Source: Candidatus Moanibacter sp. (lineage in GTDB: Bacteria > Verrucomicrobiota > Verrucomicrobiia > Opitutales > UBA2987). From it: a DNA stretch of 64,000 bases. Shown here one piece after another: positions 63,052 through 64,000 of the stretch (the first letter of the stretch is position 1; each line of letters begins with the position of its first letter). The position numbers were made by a program, and so were the translations under genes. A model generated the notes under the pieces. The model made no database searches and had not been told where the DNA came from. It saw nothing but the letters and a program-made list of their open reading frames with translations. The stretch is taken from assembly GCA_965215885.1 (NCBI GenBank), contig CBDCEW010000094.1, forward strand, positions 65,416-129,415, read 5' to 3'.

Positions 63052-63687
63052 ATGGAAGTTAGCATCGCCTTAGGAGGGGCGGCGATCCGGCATTCTGAAA
63101 GGTTGGATCCGGTCGTAGTGGGGATAGTTTTCGTCTATCTGCTTACGATGCTCGGCATTGGCTACATAGCCTCTAGAAGAATTCAGAGGAACGAAGACTT
63201 TATGGTAGCAGGCCGCCGTCTCGGTCCATTCATGCTGGCGGGCACCTTGGCGGCAACCGAAGTAGGTGGTGGCAGTTCATTGGGGGTAGCGGAAAAGGCT
63301 TATGGCGATTGGGGAATGTCCGCCGGTTGGTATGTGCTCACTATGGCAATCACGTTTCTGATTCTCTCAGTAATCGCTCCCAGACTGAGAGCGGCGATGG
63401 TAAAAACCGTTCCGGAGTACTTCAGACGGCGCTACGGAAGGCCGAGTGGGCTGCTGACAGCAGTCATAATGATTCTTCCTCTGGTTGGGCTAACTGCCAT
63501 TCAGTTCATCGCGTCGGCGGTCATCGTCTCGATTATCACAGGAATGAGTTACCTGGTTTCCGTAATTATCGTTGTCGTGGTGGTGACGATCTATTCGGTG
63601 ATGGGCGGTCTCTGGAGTGTAGCCCTCACGGATATCGTGCAGTGGTGTCTGATAATCGGAAGTCTGTTTGTGGCTGTGCCTTATGCT
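63052..63687 (+). pseudogene. Sodium:solute symporter interrupted by an IS
   Basis: DFMVAGRRLG, ATEVGGG, TVPEYFRRRYG and YSVMGGLWSVALTDIVQ motifs; frame runs into the IS at 63688. Confidence 0.9.
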
Positions 63688-64000
63688 AGACCTTATCCGA
63701 AAAGCTACTGATTGGCCGCAAAGAGGCGCAAAAGGCGCAAGAAAAACTTGAGAAAAATCATTTTTTGGCTTGATAAAAAGTGTCGCAACATGCTAGTGTT
63801 TAACAACCTAAGATTAAGAAAGGAGTTAAACATGCCAACATGTGCGACAGAGGAGAACAAAAGCGATAAGACGCCCCTTAGCAACCTCATTCTGCCGGTT
63901 CCAGACACGGATTTCCGTGATTTTCTGGATGAAGTTGAAGAATTGGCCGGGTTCGCGGCGCAAATCATCGAGGCGATCGAGAAGGATCTGGACGCCCATG
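63688..64000 (+). mobile_element. Second IS5/ISNCY-like copy (partial, runs off window)
   Basis: Near-identical to 56257-56570. Confidence 0.92.

Overview
A 64-kb bacterial accessory region, probably from a Verrucomicrobiota/Opitutae-like genome (inferred from the RAYT type, the SBP-permease fusion and the repeat style). The first ~58 kb are a decaying, repeat-rich carbohydrate-catabolism island. It carries two expanded families of BNR/Asp-box (sialidase-like) proteins, with 4 and 2-3 copies. It also carries at least 9 intact or fragmentary PhyH-like Fe(II)/2OG dioxygenase genes, including a tandem trio separated by REP-containing spacers. Other genes encode GH106-like, PcRGLX/YetA-like lyase, sulfatase, acetyl-xylan-esterase-like, S9 peptidase, DegT aminotransferase, deacetylase-like and DUF1080 proteins, family-5 ABC binding proteins (one fused to its permease) and a TonB protein. 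Two TA modules are present: mazEF-type and a toxin-first RES/Xre pair. Mobile DNA comprises two IS4-family elements with TSDs (one splits a BNR gene and is itself inactivated by a nested palindromic MITE), an IS1380 relic, two IS5/ISNCY-like copies, a RAYT flanked by inverted repeats, and several REP/REPIN/BIME and MITE families. Many gene relics occur, several of them in-frame fusions of N- and C-termini after internal deletion (neuB-like, phyH-like). The window ends in core-like genes: pyrG, a lipoprotein, an M50 peptidase and an IS-interrupted sodium:solute symporter. No rRNA, tRNA or CRISPR was recognised.
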